The position numbers and the translations under genes are program-made. A stretch of DNA of 64,000 bases from Lepidodermella squamata (taxonomy: Eukaryota; Animalia; Gastrotricha): contig JBLDXI010000015.1 in NCBI GenBank assembly GCA_047495785.1, positions 186,001 through 250,000 on the forward strand. Reading direction: 5' to 3'. Position 1 is the first letter of the stretch, and each line of letters begins with the position of its first letter. Shown here piece by piece: positions 35,527-48,900 of this stretch. Below the pieces are notes generated by a model. The model ran no database searches and was not told where the DNA came from. It saw nothing but the letters and a program-made list of their open reading frames with translations.

Positions 35527-38500
35527 CGAGCATCAACTGAGGAATGTTCTAATTTTTACAAAATATTCCTATAAATCAACAAGCCGAAAATATAAACGAC
35601 GGTGTAAAACGATTGGAAAGACGAAGAGAAAAATCGGAATTATGAAGGTATAAGGGCAAAATTTTGAGAAGCAAAAAATGTTACGGAGGAACCAGAAATA
35701 TTTCAGCAATATTTTGACATTTTCATTTTCTGGATAGATTTACTAGATTACCTGATATCCCGAGCTGGAGAGGAAAGATTGCAGTTTTTGGGGTTCCCGA
35801 GTTGCTGTTCTTGGAAAAATCAGTGATTTGTAAAATCGATACTTTGATTCGATATCGGCTTTTCATGGTTCTCGTAAATTCATATCTCACGGCGCAATAT
35901 ACGCGCAATCGTCACGATCGATCGGGCGATAGTAGAAAAGCAAAATTCTGACGAAAAATTAACCTTAAAAACCATATTTTGGAGAAATTTACAGTTGGAA
36001 ACCTACATAATAAGGTGTCCTGCGGGCACACTCTTGCAAGATTACGAATAAATTATGAAAATTGAAAAAATCTTTAGAAATTTTCCCAATTATTGATTCG
36101 AAATAACTCCTGAAAATTGCCAGTTTCTAAACAGAGAAAAATAATAAAAATTTCCAATAAATTGTTAAACAGTCTGACTAAAAATTTGAAAACCCTCTCC
36201 CCTGAAGTTTCATGAAAAATTCAGGAAATTTCTCTTCGTTTCATCGTAGAAAATGAGTAATATTTTTTGGAACATTTTGAATAGGCGGATAAAAGGTTCA
36301 TCGTTATTAGAAAAATCTAGGTTCCATCATTAGTCCTTAATATGCTCAAATATCTAGAAAATGAGGAAAAAGGGGAGTCAGATATGCCCACATTTTAAGC
36401 CTGTCAAGAAATTTTAACGTAAATGTGAAACATGTGAGTACATCTCAAAACGAGAGCTAGGTGCAAAATTCTGAAAAGACTCCTATAAATGGATCAAAAT
36501 GTAATAATAATAATACAAGACCTCAGCTCAACTCAACGACGGCCGCAGCAGTGAAAAATGCAACAAGTTCAGTGCTAGAATATCAGATTATTAAGGGAGT
36601 GTCTATGATGCGAAAATGCCGAAAAATGAACACGCGCGCTGGCGAAAAAAATAGGATCAAATTTCACTATACAGACCTTAAAACAGGGCCGTGATGTCTA
36701 AAAATGGGAATGATAAATTAGATATTAAAAAAATCCGCACGCGACGACTCGCCAGCAGGTGTCGAAAACATCTGCTGCTGCGGATCAACAATTTACGACC
36801 ACGTAAAAAATTGGTGGCGATGATGTTGACCCACATTAACTTTGCAATAGTAGCGAAAATAGAAAAATACATGTATACATACAAATGGTCCAGCCTAAAC
36901 AAAATGTGCTATAGTGATAAACTATATCGCGCATGTTTGCGATTTATATATATATATATATTTCGTGGGCTGTCCACGTCTCGCGATGCGATAAGCGCGT
37001 CCCCATATACGCTGCGTTTTACTCGCTGTGTTTTTGCCCGCGTCAATGGCCGTCGCCGCTGCCGCGCGTAAACAACGCCGAGTGTCGCGCGTGCTTATTG
37101 ATTTTTTATTTACTAGATTTATCAGCGGCGGGCGAATCGAGGCGCGGCCTCAAGTGCGCGCAATTTTATTATTTAAGCCATTACACGCTTATTACGAGTG
37201 TAAAACGCGGCGACCTATATTACATTATAAAGTATATTAATCAAAATATGCGCGTGATTAATTATCATCATCAGCCAACTATTAGCGAATATCATAAGTT
37301 ACCAATTTTCTAAAAAATTATTCTAAATTGTCTAAAAAAATTCTAGTCCAAAAAATGGTATCATGCGTATAATAAATTTTTGCAGCAGAAAAAATATATT
37401 GCTATCATAATATTATACTGGCGTGTAGTCAGTTGGGCAGTGCAATTAAACAATGGGAGAAATTTCTATTATTTATTCATTATTCTATGCGGAACAGGTG
37501 CCACAAAGTTGCGGCTGAATGTGCACCGAGCATCAGTTGGGTTTGTACTTGATAATTTTGTGGGGAAAAAACAAGACGCGATAACAAAAATCGATAAATG
37601 TGGACACACCGAATTTTTCCGAATTTGCATGCGAAAAGTCTCTCAAAAAAATTGGTGCGCTTAAATATACTGCGGCGCAAATGAACCGCTTGGAAAATAG
37701 GAAAAATAGACAACTACCTCGGCAAAAAATGCTCATTAGTAAATTCATCGAAAATTGCCTTTTGAAGAATGGATCCTCCGCAGCTTGCAAATATTAGGCT
37801 AGGGTTAGGGTTCGTAAAATCACGAAGGCATGGTTTAGAAGAAACTCTATTTGAGCGTAATCCGAATTTATTAGCCAAAAAAGGATGTTGATCATTTTCT
37901 ACCCGGTTTTACCTGGTTTTACCTGGTCCCCGTCCCCGGGCCCGTCAATGGATGCTTTATTGTCCCTTGATTTTCGAATAAAGTCAAAATTTTGCTGTAA
38001 TTTAGTGAAATTCTGAGCCTGAGGCGCTGAGGCGCGCATAAGTTGCGGAGGGAAAAAAATGAAAACATAGGGTGCGTTTCTTTATTCTGTTGAATTTCAT
38101 TTTATTCTTGTTGTTTTTAAGCAAAACATGTGTCGCGTGCCTCTTAACATGTGTAAAACACACCGGCGTTAAAGAAATGTCATGTTTTTTTTCGATTTTA
38201 TGAAAACAAAAAATCAGAAACACGAGTTTAGAAACGCACCCAGTGGCATATGAATTTTCTGAATTTTTCGAAAATTGAGCTTCATCTAATTTCTACCGCA
38301 AAATTTAATTCCGGAATTGACCAGAATGGCCGCGTTATTAAGTTAATTTTAGCGTCTGGATCTTTGATTTGGACATGTAATTCTCGTTAAAATGCTAAAG
38401 AGCAAAGAGCGTTAAAATGTCTTTAATCATAAAAAAATCGGCAAAATGGGCGCATTTAATTGCCCAAAATATCAGTCTAAGAATGAAAAAATTATTTATA

Positions 38501-40027
38501 GCAACTAATTAGAAAAAACTCGCAAATCGACTTGAAAAATGAGTAAAATGGTTCGGTAATGACTGCTGAGTAAGAGTCGTCGGTTGGTGATAAATAATAG
38601 CATGATGACTGTGACAGCAGCTAGTGCCGTAGCGGTACTGTACTTGTGGCGGGTAGAGTATTTAAAAGACGGGGCCAAGCCCTTGCGTCGCAATCATCGG
38701 CGACCCGGCTCTTGATCGCTGTAACCGCAAGCAAGCACAGACTGTTTCGGCATCGCGATTACGGCAACAGTAAAATATAACTGCGAGGCCTAGGTATCAC
38801 ACGTTATCCTGAGCTTGTGAGTAATAGGCCCAAAAGCCATTATTCGCCGCTCGCACAGAAATAGAGAGAATATACGTACACACATGTATATGTCTGCAGG
38901 TAAGTCTAGCAAACAACAACAACAATGCAAAAATACGGTAAATAAAGCGCATAGCCACAGAACGAACACCGATATACGTATATACGCGCCTGTGTATAAA
39001 TAGCGCAACACGTATAACAACGGCTGTGTGTAGCGTGCGATATTATGCTAGTATTAGTATGGAAGCACGAAGCACTGCGCTAGTATTATTAGGCTCTATT
39101 GTTGCCTTGATATCGTCCCAGGTGACACACGTCTATTAGGTACGTACGTCGTTTTTCTCAGCGTTGCGAGCTGACGATGAGCCGCGGCGCATTTGTTTAT
39201 TGTCATAAAAATAGCGGCTCTTGAGGTCGCTAATTAAAACGCGCTAATTAGACCTGAAATAAGGTCATGCGGCATGTCTGACCTACTTCATTCCTTCGAA
39301 TTATTGCGCGTATTCAAAGAGTGAAAGCCGACGCGCGATAAAATAATCGGCGTTTTAGACTAATAAATTAATCTGAAATTACAAAATCTGAGATATAAAA
39401 GCGGAAAATTAAATCAAATGACCGGAGTGCAATTTGAGACTAATTTTAACAAAATTTATTCAGATTTTAACATTTGCGCCTTGACAGGCATAGAAACAAT
39501 AATGTGAGCAAATTTTCCTCCGAATTTTCCACGGCTGATTGATATCACCGTTACGCTGATCATTCATTTATCGATTTTACAAAACTGTGATTTTTTTATA
39601 TTGGGAGTCTCAGAATCCAGATTCGTGATCTGTCCCAAATATCTTAGGGTAACGGGTAACTGGTACCTGTTGGCGTAAATAATGAAGCGTTGGAAGTCAT
39701 AGAGATCTCATATTGCTTAGCCGTGATCTCGAAAAGTAGAAAAAAACGATGGTGCCAATATTTTGACTTTTGATGACACGGCAAAAAATTCTAACAATTT
39801 TTTTCCAATTACGATCAAATTCTGCTCAATTGCCGTTTGTTAATTCGATTTTTACGGATCAAACTGATGGCCAAATCGAAATTTTGTAATATTCAATACA
39901 ATTGATAATGCAATTTGAAAAAATTCAAATTTTTTATTGCGAAACAATTTATTATTTATTTCGTTATTATTTCGTAATCATTTCGTAGCTACATTAATTT
40001 AACGGAATTAATGAAAATTGATAGCCA

Positions 40028-42175
40028 TTAATATTTGCAAAACAGCCGCTTTTCGACCGTGTCGATGCGCATCAGTCCTCCGTAAGGTATGACAATTTGC
40101 GGTTCCGTGTGGCCGAAGTCGACATTCGCAACAATTGGCATGGCCGGGTTGTAGCGTCGCACCATTCCGACGACGGCGGCGTACTGCTGCTGGCGATACG
40201 CGTCGCACTGCGCGTCGCTCAGTGGCCGGTCACGGTCGGCTGCCCGGGCGCGCCCGATCACGAGGCCGCGGCACCGCGACAGAATTCCGCGCTCGCCCAG
40301 CGCCCGAAAAACGCGCTCGACGTAGAAATGCGGGGGAGATTCCTGAAATAACAAAATAAATGATTCGATGCAAATAATAAAAAATCGTATCGCAACCAAT
40401 AAGAACAAGTCCCACTTTTAGCGGAACCGTAACTCGATTTCGAATAATTGATCAGCTAATAAAAATGAGTTTCGAAATTGTAAGAATTCGAGGTCAATGC
40501 GAGGGTTCCAGACCCAAATTTGAGCCCCACTCTTGATTTCGCAACTTGCAACTTTGCGGATTCAATTTTTCAGAACTTTGAAAAATTCTGATTTTTCGTG
40601 CTTCAAGTCTTGACTGGACTCCACAATTTTTAATGACCCCTATCTGGTAAATCTCCACACTGCGTTTACTTACGATATCTTAGGGCCATCTAGAGAAAAA
40701 ATCCACTTTTTCTCTATGATTGGGGCATATCTTGCAGCGTGGCACGAAAATTGAATTCGATCGTCCCACGAAAATTCGAAATAGGAATCAAGCATGTCAC
40801 TTGTTAATAGGAGTAAATAAGCCCGGAGAAATTTGGTCAAACCGGGTAAAATGTCGAAAATTACCGACCCAGTTACTATGTATCGGAGTTTTCCGGGTTT
40901 TCTCCGGTGAATTTTCTATTTCTTAGGTTAAATCCCGGATAGAAGATGGAATTTTCTCTCGGTCGATTTTCTCTCTTCGGTTAATTAGAAAAATTTAGTT
41001 CTATTTCTTGCAAAAAATTGCCAAGGTAAAAATAGTTGCGCAACTTCTGGGACACGTTGTATGTGTTGCCTGAATATCAAATCCCAGGTTTAGGGATAAA
41101 CCAGTATAAAGATGAACAAGGATAGGTAAGTCGAAGTCGCGAAGAATCGATAAAATTTAAAGCCATAGCTCCTAATTTTAGGTATTGCTGGAACCTAATT
41201 GTGCTGAAAATTCCTTTGACCCATTTAAATTTCAAAATTTCAAATTCAAGGCTTCAAATCGAAATATGAAGAGTCAATTATTTCCAAACTCGTTCTTACA
41301 AAAATAAATTGAAGAAATTTTCAAAAAATTCTTCAATTTATATAATAAATGCTCTCTCACATATTATGTCAAAGCTGGGTTCGATTTCTAAGAAAGTTTC
41401 CGCTTGATTGGTCATATATTTCATTTACCTCACTTGTTTCCGTGAAAAGAATAATTTCGTTAAACCGATCCAAGGCCGGAATTTCAACACCATGCCGAAG
41501 AAGTTCATCGATCGACTCAACACATCCGCCCCAGGTAACACCCTCGACAACGGTTCCGTTCGACTGACCCGCGTCACCATCAAACCACAACCATCCCATG
41601 TCGTTGCGTCTCCTCGTACATTTCTTCGTCAAATTGCTCGGATCCGCCCATTCGAGGCCAACTTCGACAAGGTAATCACCGGCGCGTAACTGAACCCAGT
41701 CGGGCGTGTCGTTGAACAGAGCGTGTCGAAGGTATTCAACCGTTAAATCATCCATTTCAACATTCATAGCCAGTTGAGGCATCACGTGGCTACCGTAGTA
41801 ACTCGGCACCCCCAGCAGCCATAGAAAATTCTCGAAATGCGTGTTGTCGCTGTAGCCGAAAAATGGCTTTGGATTTTGCAGGAATGGCTCCTTTGGCAAG
41901 TTTTTGATAAATGTGATTTGGTGGTCGCCGCCGATTGATGCGAAAATAGCTTTGATTTGCGGGTCGACAACTGCTGCGATCAAATCGGCTGATTTCTGCT
42001 GCGGGCTGGCGTCAGTCATGCGTGTCGTTGGGTACTCGACCGGGACGAGGTTGAAGCTATCGCGCAGTCGGGACAGCCCGACTTTGTAGACATGTGGAAA
42101 GTGGCCGGGCGCTCCGAATGACAGGGTGATTACGGCGACTTTATCGCCAGGTTTCAGCTTGGCCAATTTTTGCAT
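40028..42175 (-). CDS. Peptidase S66 (LD-carboxypeptidase/MccF family), 353 aa, 2 exons, bacterial-type
   Basis: Exons 42175-41429 and 40342-40028 (phase 0, gtaaat...tttcag). Motifs LKPGDKVAV, SIGGD, GYSDNT (Ser), GGC, ETSEE (Glu), NVDFGHTEPQ (His). Confidence 0.92.
40826..41060 (+). repeat. Dispersed repeat copy in the S66 intron
   Basis: gagaaatttggtcaaaccggg...ttttccgggttttctccggtgaattttctatttcttaggttaaatc closely matches 57439-57542. Confidence 0.75.
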
Positions 42176-42926
42176 GGTCGAAAAACTGAATGAAAATTGT
42201 GTAGTACTACGGCGATTGATAACAACAAATAAAGCCGCTCGATCTTTATCGCGTGTTTATTTTCAATTATCAGATAAAAACTCAAAGATAAAGCAGAGAC
42301 TTATTATACACTGAATACCGAAATAAGGCATTGAGAATCATCAAAAAATTAGTTAGCAGAAATTCTGATAAATTCTGAAAAATTCCAAGAAAAATAGAGA
42401 AATAAAAGCAAAAAATCAATAAATATTTGTTGGATGTTTTCAATTTTTCTGTTGAAATCGGCGATAAATATATAATTTGTAAAAATAAATTATCATAGTA
42501 ATATAACAATTTAAATTCTATATTTTTTTTCAAAGGTAGCAATAGTTTTTTTACTAATTCATGAGTAGCAGAAGTCAAAAAGCCATGAAATAGTAAAAGC
42601 CATTTTTCACTCAAAATGATTCGAAAAAATCACTTTCTTAAAATTACTTTTTTTCGGTAATGAAAATGTCAGATTTCTCAGAATTCGACGACATTTATTT
42701 TCGAATTTTGAAATTTTAGAAAAGAGATAAGATCAATTATGTGCCCATCTGTCGTTTCGCAAATACGCAATTGTCGTTAGCTCGAATGCACTCACAATAA
42801 AGAAAATGGCGGTTGCTTTAACCTTATTTTTAATGATCATGGAATAAGTTGAATATGCGAGCCTTTCTGAGATATGTATACCGGTAAAGAAGGTTAGACT
42901 GGGTTTTAGAAAACAGTCATAATTCG

Positions 42927-45900
42927 TTAGAAAACCATGATTCGCGAGACTTGAATCGTAGCTGTGCCTTCCTTTTCGACGCTGACGTAGCGTCCACTCA
43001 GCGGAGGCGTACAGTGAAAGGTCAAGGCTTGACCCTGCACCAAAGCCATGCGATTCCCATCTCTCCAGAAATCACAAACCAGGTTCGAACGAATCTGGGC
43101 ACCAGACGCCATGCCGACTCTAATCGTGAGTTGGCAACTGCCTGGGTTCGAATCAACGACCCATGACCCACTTTTCTGCGTGACTACAACAACTTTCCCG
43201 ATTGAACTCGTCACGCCGAGGTCAACCTGAAACCAGCCGGTGACCAACGCAGCTCCGACGTTGTTTTGGCCAGGCGTGGTCAAGGCTCTCAGATCGGACG
43301 AGTTGATCGCCGAGTTGCTGCTCGTCACCACCTTGAAACGCGCCAAATCAGTGCCGTTGTCGTAGAAAGCCGACAGCTGGCACAGTTCCAGCGTGGATCC
43401 AGCATTCACACCAACAAGACTCAGGTACCTACCAGAGATTGCGCCGCTTTGACAGGCGAATTGAACCTTCATGCCCGACTGAATCCTCGGCGTCCATAGG
43501 CACTCGGTTTGATTGCTCGTGTCAGCGGATGTAGTCGGCAGATTATCGCCCAATCGGACAGCGACTCTACCTAACGGCGGCGATATTATCGAGGCGTAGA
43601 CATTGTCAGATCGCGGCGCTGAGCAGCCTTTGAAACCAAACCTGCCGTACGGAGCCACGTTGAAGTCATCAACAATCAAACGAACCGCCATGGTCTGGAA
43701 AGGATATTGCGCGAGATAGGATATAAATGGGCTGGGGTTGCTTGCAGCTGATGGGCCGTCGAAAATGCGAAGTCTCGAGCCATTGTTAGGCCAAACGTAG
43801 CCGGACCAAGTTGAACCATCCAAACTACCCATAAGGTGGTACTTGGTGATCCAAGCTGTTGAGTCAACGCTGCACTGAACACTGACAGCGGTTAGGATTT
43901 TCAGAGATGTGAACGTGACTTGGTAGTAGGGCTGAGGGTCTGTGAGAAGGGGTCGAAAATCGGCCGTGCTCGATATAGTAAAGGTCTGAGGCTCGGTAGC
44001 CGGGTTCTGGCTCGATGAAACCGCCACATTGCTGCCATCATTCAACTCTGCCTCGCAAAAGAAATCTGGGGAGAGCTAGTATGAAATTTCATCTATGGGA
44101 TTATGAGAGGTACCTGGACAACCACGAAGAAGGACCCGCAAACCGACGCCGCCGACCGAAGCCAAAGGATGGATGCGGATGTAACGGGCGAGGATGTAAG
44201 GCCGGATGTAGTTCCAAGCAGGAGTGCCGCTGTCCACATTGCCTTGAAATACCTTCAAAGCATCGAACGCATGTTAGCCTACAGACCGTGCTCCGAGTAC
44301 GGGGGGGGGGGTGTAGGGGGGTAAGGGGTCAAAAAAACCCTGGCCTTTGAAAATTTCTGAAAAACGCGAGGCCCCCCTTTCCCCCTTCCTTCTGTTGATT
44401 AGCAGATTTTGAGCTCAAAATGGCTCGTTTTACCCCCTCAGAGCTGGAGCTAGTCGGATGACTGCCTACAGAAGACAGAAGAGTAAAAACATACTTTAAT
44501 GACACTAGGCCTAGCAAGCTCCATAACCCAGACGAAGTAGTTGTTCGGCGTGCCGTAGCTCATGCGGAAGGTGGTGACGTAGAATCCGGTCGAGTAGTCT
44601 CCCTGGGTCGCAATAGAAGCCACAGTCACTTCCTCGCCGATGTCGAGCAAAAGCGTTGGACTGGCGTCCGAAGCAGCTGGTCGCCAGCAACAAGAAACAG
44701 AGCCATTGGTATTAGCATCGCCCGTCCATTGACTTTGTAGCCGGAACTGATCGAATTTCACGCCGGCAGTTGATGTAAAAACTGAGCTAGGCGATGCTGT
44801 AGCAATGGCCGTCAAGTCTAGCTCGCAAACGTGACCTTGAACTGAAGCGAGATCAAACTTAGATTTGATCTTGATTCAAATTCAACTTACGCGAGAAGGG
44901 AGCCGGTGCTTGAGTGGCGACCTCCATCGCGAGGTACTGATTCAAATAGCCCGGATAAGCGACAAGGCTGCTAAACTCGCCCCGAGCGAATGCCGAAGGG
45001 AGAAGGACATTTCGCATGATTGCAATTCGCTGCAGCGGCATAGGCCTCGCGTCGCCGATGCTGTACGACATCATTCGAACGCCATCTAGAAAGCTCTCCG
45101 TCACCAAGTTGGTACTCGTTCCGTAGCCCATCGTCAACATGTGGTGCTGCCAGGTGTTCAGAAAAGGCGCCGTAGCACTGACGCTGCGAACATTGATCGA
45201 CACTGTGGTTGAAGTTCCGTTGTAGACCTCAATGCGGTACTCGATGGAGTTCGGCGTCGTCAGTTGAATGCCAACCTTGTGGTAGTCTGTACCCTGCTCG
45301 GCCTGGCCAATCAGCGGCATGACGACATTCGTCCCAGTCTCTTTGCTGTAGAAGAACATGCCGAATGTGTACGGCGTGCGATTGGACACGCCGCTGCCGA
45401 ACAGGATGCTCTTGTTGCTTGATACTGTGTAGTAGTAGTTGTTGATTGATGTCGTCTCCAGTGATCCTGTTCCGTCGCCAATATTAGCTATCCACGGGAA
45501 ACTGGTGCCAGCTAAAGAAAAGAGCATGATTGGATTATCAAAATAATGGAAGGCAGCATAGCCGTAGGATTATGTTTAATAAAAATTAGCGAATAATCAG
45601 TTATAGCATTGTTTGGAACAATTATGAAATATACTGAGATAAACTGAGATAAAATCCATCAGGGCTGCAAAACATGCAGAGCTTCCTGCGCAGAAACTCA
45701 AAATATCCCAATTTCCTATGAAATACTTATCCAATATCAAAATTTTGCTGTAAAAATTGATGAAAGATCGATAGTCGCTAATAACCGATAATCAAAGTGG
45801 ATCGGGAGTAGCGCCGTTGAATTCAACGCATAGAATTACCCCTAGATGTAAATTTTGAGCTCGATATACTTAGCCAATCAAAAGTTGTGGTGCTGTAGTT

Positions 45901-48900
45901 TTTGCTTTCGTTTTTTGTGGCAACGCTTATTTGGAACCTTGAAATTAAAAGCATCAAAAGATTGCGGTAAATCGGCGTTTTTGATATAGAAATTCCCTTA
46001 GAAAACCCGGAGATGTGAATTTCGCAGGCTGAATCGAATGGCTTTTGCGGAATTTTTTATCTATATCACGGTTGCAGGGATAATTGTGCCATAAAGCAGT
46101 TTTCGCGTTTTTATTACCTTGTTCAAAAGTGCAGATTTTTCTAGCAGCGCGAGACATGTTCTAGGGTATTTTTTCACGAGGAATCTATTGATGGCCTCGG
46201 TTTTCATGAATCGTTCTTTTGAAAATGTGAATTATCGATTATTGGTATTATCGATTACTGGTATCGATTATTCATAGTATTAAAATAGTTTTCGCCTTAT
46301 TTTTCCAGCAGCTTCCTAGTTTTTCCAAGCATTTTCAAGCAAGTGTTTAAAAATGAGTTTCCCAGCTAAAATTTTCTATTTTTGCCGAAAATTTCCCGCG
46401 CATCCCATGCGCCATTTCTTGCCATTTCTGCATGTTTTGCAGCCCTGAAATCAGTAAGCGAAATGCAGCTCGCTTACTTCCTATTTGACTCGCTGTGACG
46501 ACGTCGCCCTGAGAAGGGTCCAGCCCGGACAAACTTCCATACGAAGAGTCCAGTGGCGAGTGCAGCATCGCTGTCATGTCAACGGTCGAAGTCAGTGGGC
46601 ATCGCTTCGACGAAGCAACCTGGCGCCGGTTGAGAGCCGCCCGGAAAAACATCAAACAGGCTACATTCAACTGCGCCGAACTTCCAACTCTGAAGACGCT
46701 CGTATTCGTCGCCAGACCAGCCGAACACGCCACCTGAATCGGCGAACTTTCCCAACCGTCTAGCGTGACTCGCAGCGTCATGCTAGTGTGCTCGTAGATC
46801 AGTCCGATATAGGCCCAGTGTTTGGCCAGTAATTTTTTCGTAGTCGGGAACACAGTACTGCCAGCTGCGTTATCGCGGCACTTCACACCGATCGCCAATA
46901 GATTGTCGGCGGTGGTCGACAAATAAATGACCGGAGTGTTGGGCAAGTTGAACCAGCCGAGCAAAACGCCGCTAGAAGCTGTCGATTGCAGAACATGAAC
47001 GAGAAGTGTGAATGAGTACTGCAGGTCGAGTATGGTGCCAACTGACGCTTGCAGGTAATCGCTCGTTGTCGGCATGGAGTAGGCCCTGCATATTTCAAAT
47101 TTTTATAGTCAAATCAACATAAAACCGGATATTCTGCATTTCAAAATGTGTGATTCCAGAACCGCATTTTCGTGGTTTTTTACGCCCTCAATCTCTCAAC
47201 TTCCATATGTGTAAACATTTTGCACCGCCTGTTCGAAAGCCTTTGAATCGGTTAGAGATATATCATCGCTTGGGGCGAGTTTCGAGGTGTAAAAATTGCC
47301 CCGCGATTTCATTGCGTACCCAGAGGGTCCTGACAGGTCCTGAATCCGAAAAATGCGGTTTCTCGATCGCCTCAGGTTTTGGGGCAAATTTGTCAGATGA
47401 GTTGCCTCAAATTAAGAAGCTGGTCACATGATTCACCCCAAACGACGGTTGGACATTTTCCCAATAAATGGCTAATCTGACATTCGAAGTAATAGAAACC
47501 CTAATTCAAGATTATTCTGCATGCTATGCACATCTTCAGGCCCGCCTAAGTTTCCTCCACGCGCTCGCTCCTATTGGCTGGCGATTTGTGCGTGCGATTG
47601 CGCAACACGTGTGAGCGCGCGCACAACGCGAGCTAACAAATTCCCGAATTATACCCCAATTTATTTTTAAAATTAAATTCGTCCACGATCATGATAGCAA
47701 ATTTGGACAGAGCAGTAAAAACTGAATATTCTCATCTAAAATTCGTATGGAATGGATTATTTGATATTGAAATTTAATGAATCGTTGGGACTTGCAGAAT
47801 TGCGCGCGCACAAGTTTAAGTCGTGCCTCCACATTCCACATGGTTTTTAGTATTTTAAAACCGCGCGCGGCAGTTACAAAGGGTAACTTTCGAATTTACC
47901 GGCGGTTTTTATATCAAAATGAAATTCATTAAATTTGGAATCGATTGAATATGGGGTTCTCGCTCGAAAAATGTAAAGCGAAAATGTTTTACGTGTGATG
48001 AACATTTGTCGTCTGAATTTTCGTTCACAAGTTACTGCGCGCTCACAAGTTACTACTGCGTGCGCGCATTAATTTGAATGCACGTGAAACATTTTCGCTT
48101 TACATTTTTCGAGCGAGAACCCCATATTCAATCGATTCCAAATTTAATGAATTTCATTTCGATATAAAAACCGCCGGTAAATTCGAAAGTTAGCCTTTAT
48201 CATTCATTGAGCGCGTGGCGGATCTATCAGAGTGCGCGCGTGGAGGAAACTTAGGCGGGCTGTGCGCATGCTATCAATAGAAAAGCGACCAAATTCAGAC
48301 AAATCGAAAAGTGAAATGTTGGAACGCATGAATTTTGAACTGAGACGTCAAATATAAGGCAGCGAAAATATTGTGAAATTTTGTGCTCCTTCAATTAAAA
48401 ACAAAGATCTGCAATGTTTTCAGACATACTAGGTATTTAATATCGGCTACATATTTTTTTTCAAAAACTAATAAATTATTATCTTACGTCGCTGTGTAGC
48501 CGTATATCGAGCCGCACTGCGGGCTTCCAGTTGCGGTCAGACTCGGCCCTGTGCTTAGAACATCATTCAGACTGCAAGCCAGCGGGTAAATGGCTAGAGG
48601 AGGTGGAGCTGGAAAACAAAATCATGATGCTTCACAAGCCTTGTAACCACTGAGTACTAAGGTAAGGGAAAACACGTTTTTAGCGGCATATTTTCTTGTT
48701 AGTGATGAACCATTCGGCCGGTGAAACCCTGTTTAAGAATCATTGCAGCATAAGCCATAAGTTGTGCAACAATTCTCTGATTTGCAACTTTTTGCAGTGA
48801 TGCGGACTTTTTTAGGGTCAGGCTGTTAAAATACTTAAACAGGGGTCCAAGGTTCCTAAAAGGTAAAACGGGGTTCCGAGAGCGTAGTCAATTTTTTCCG

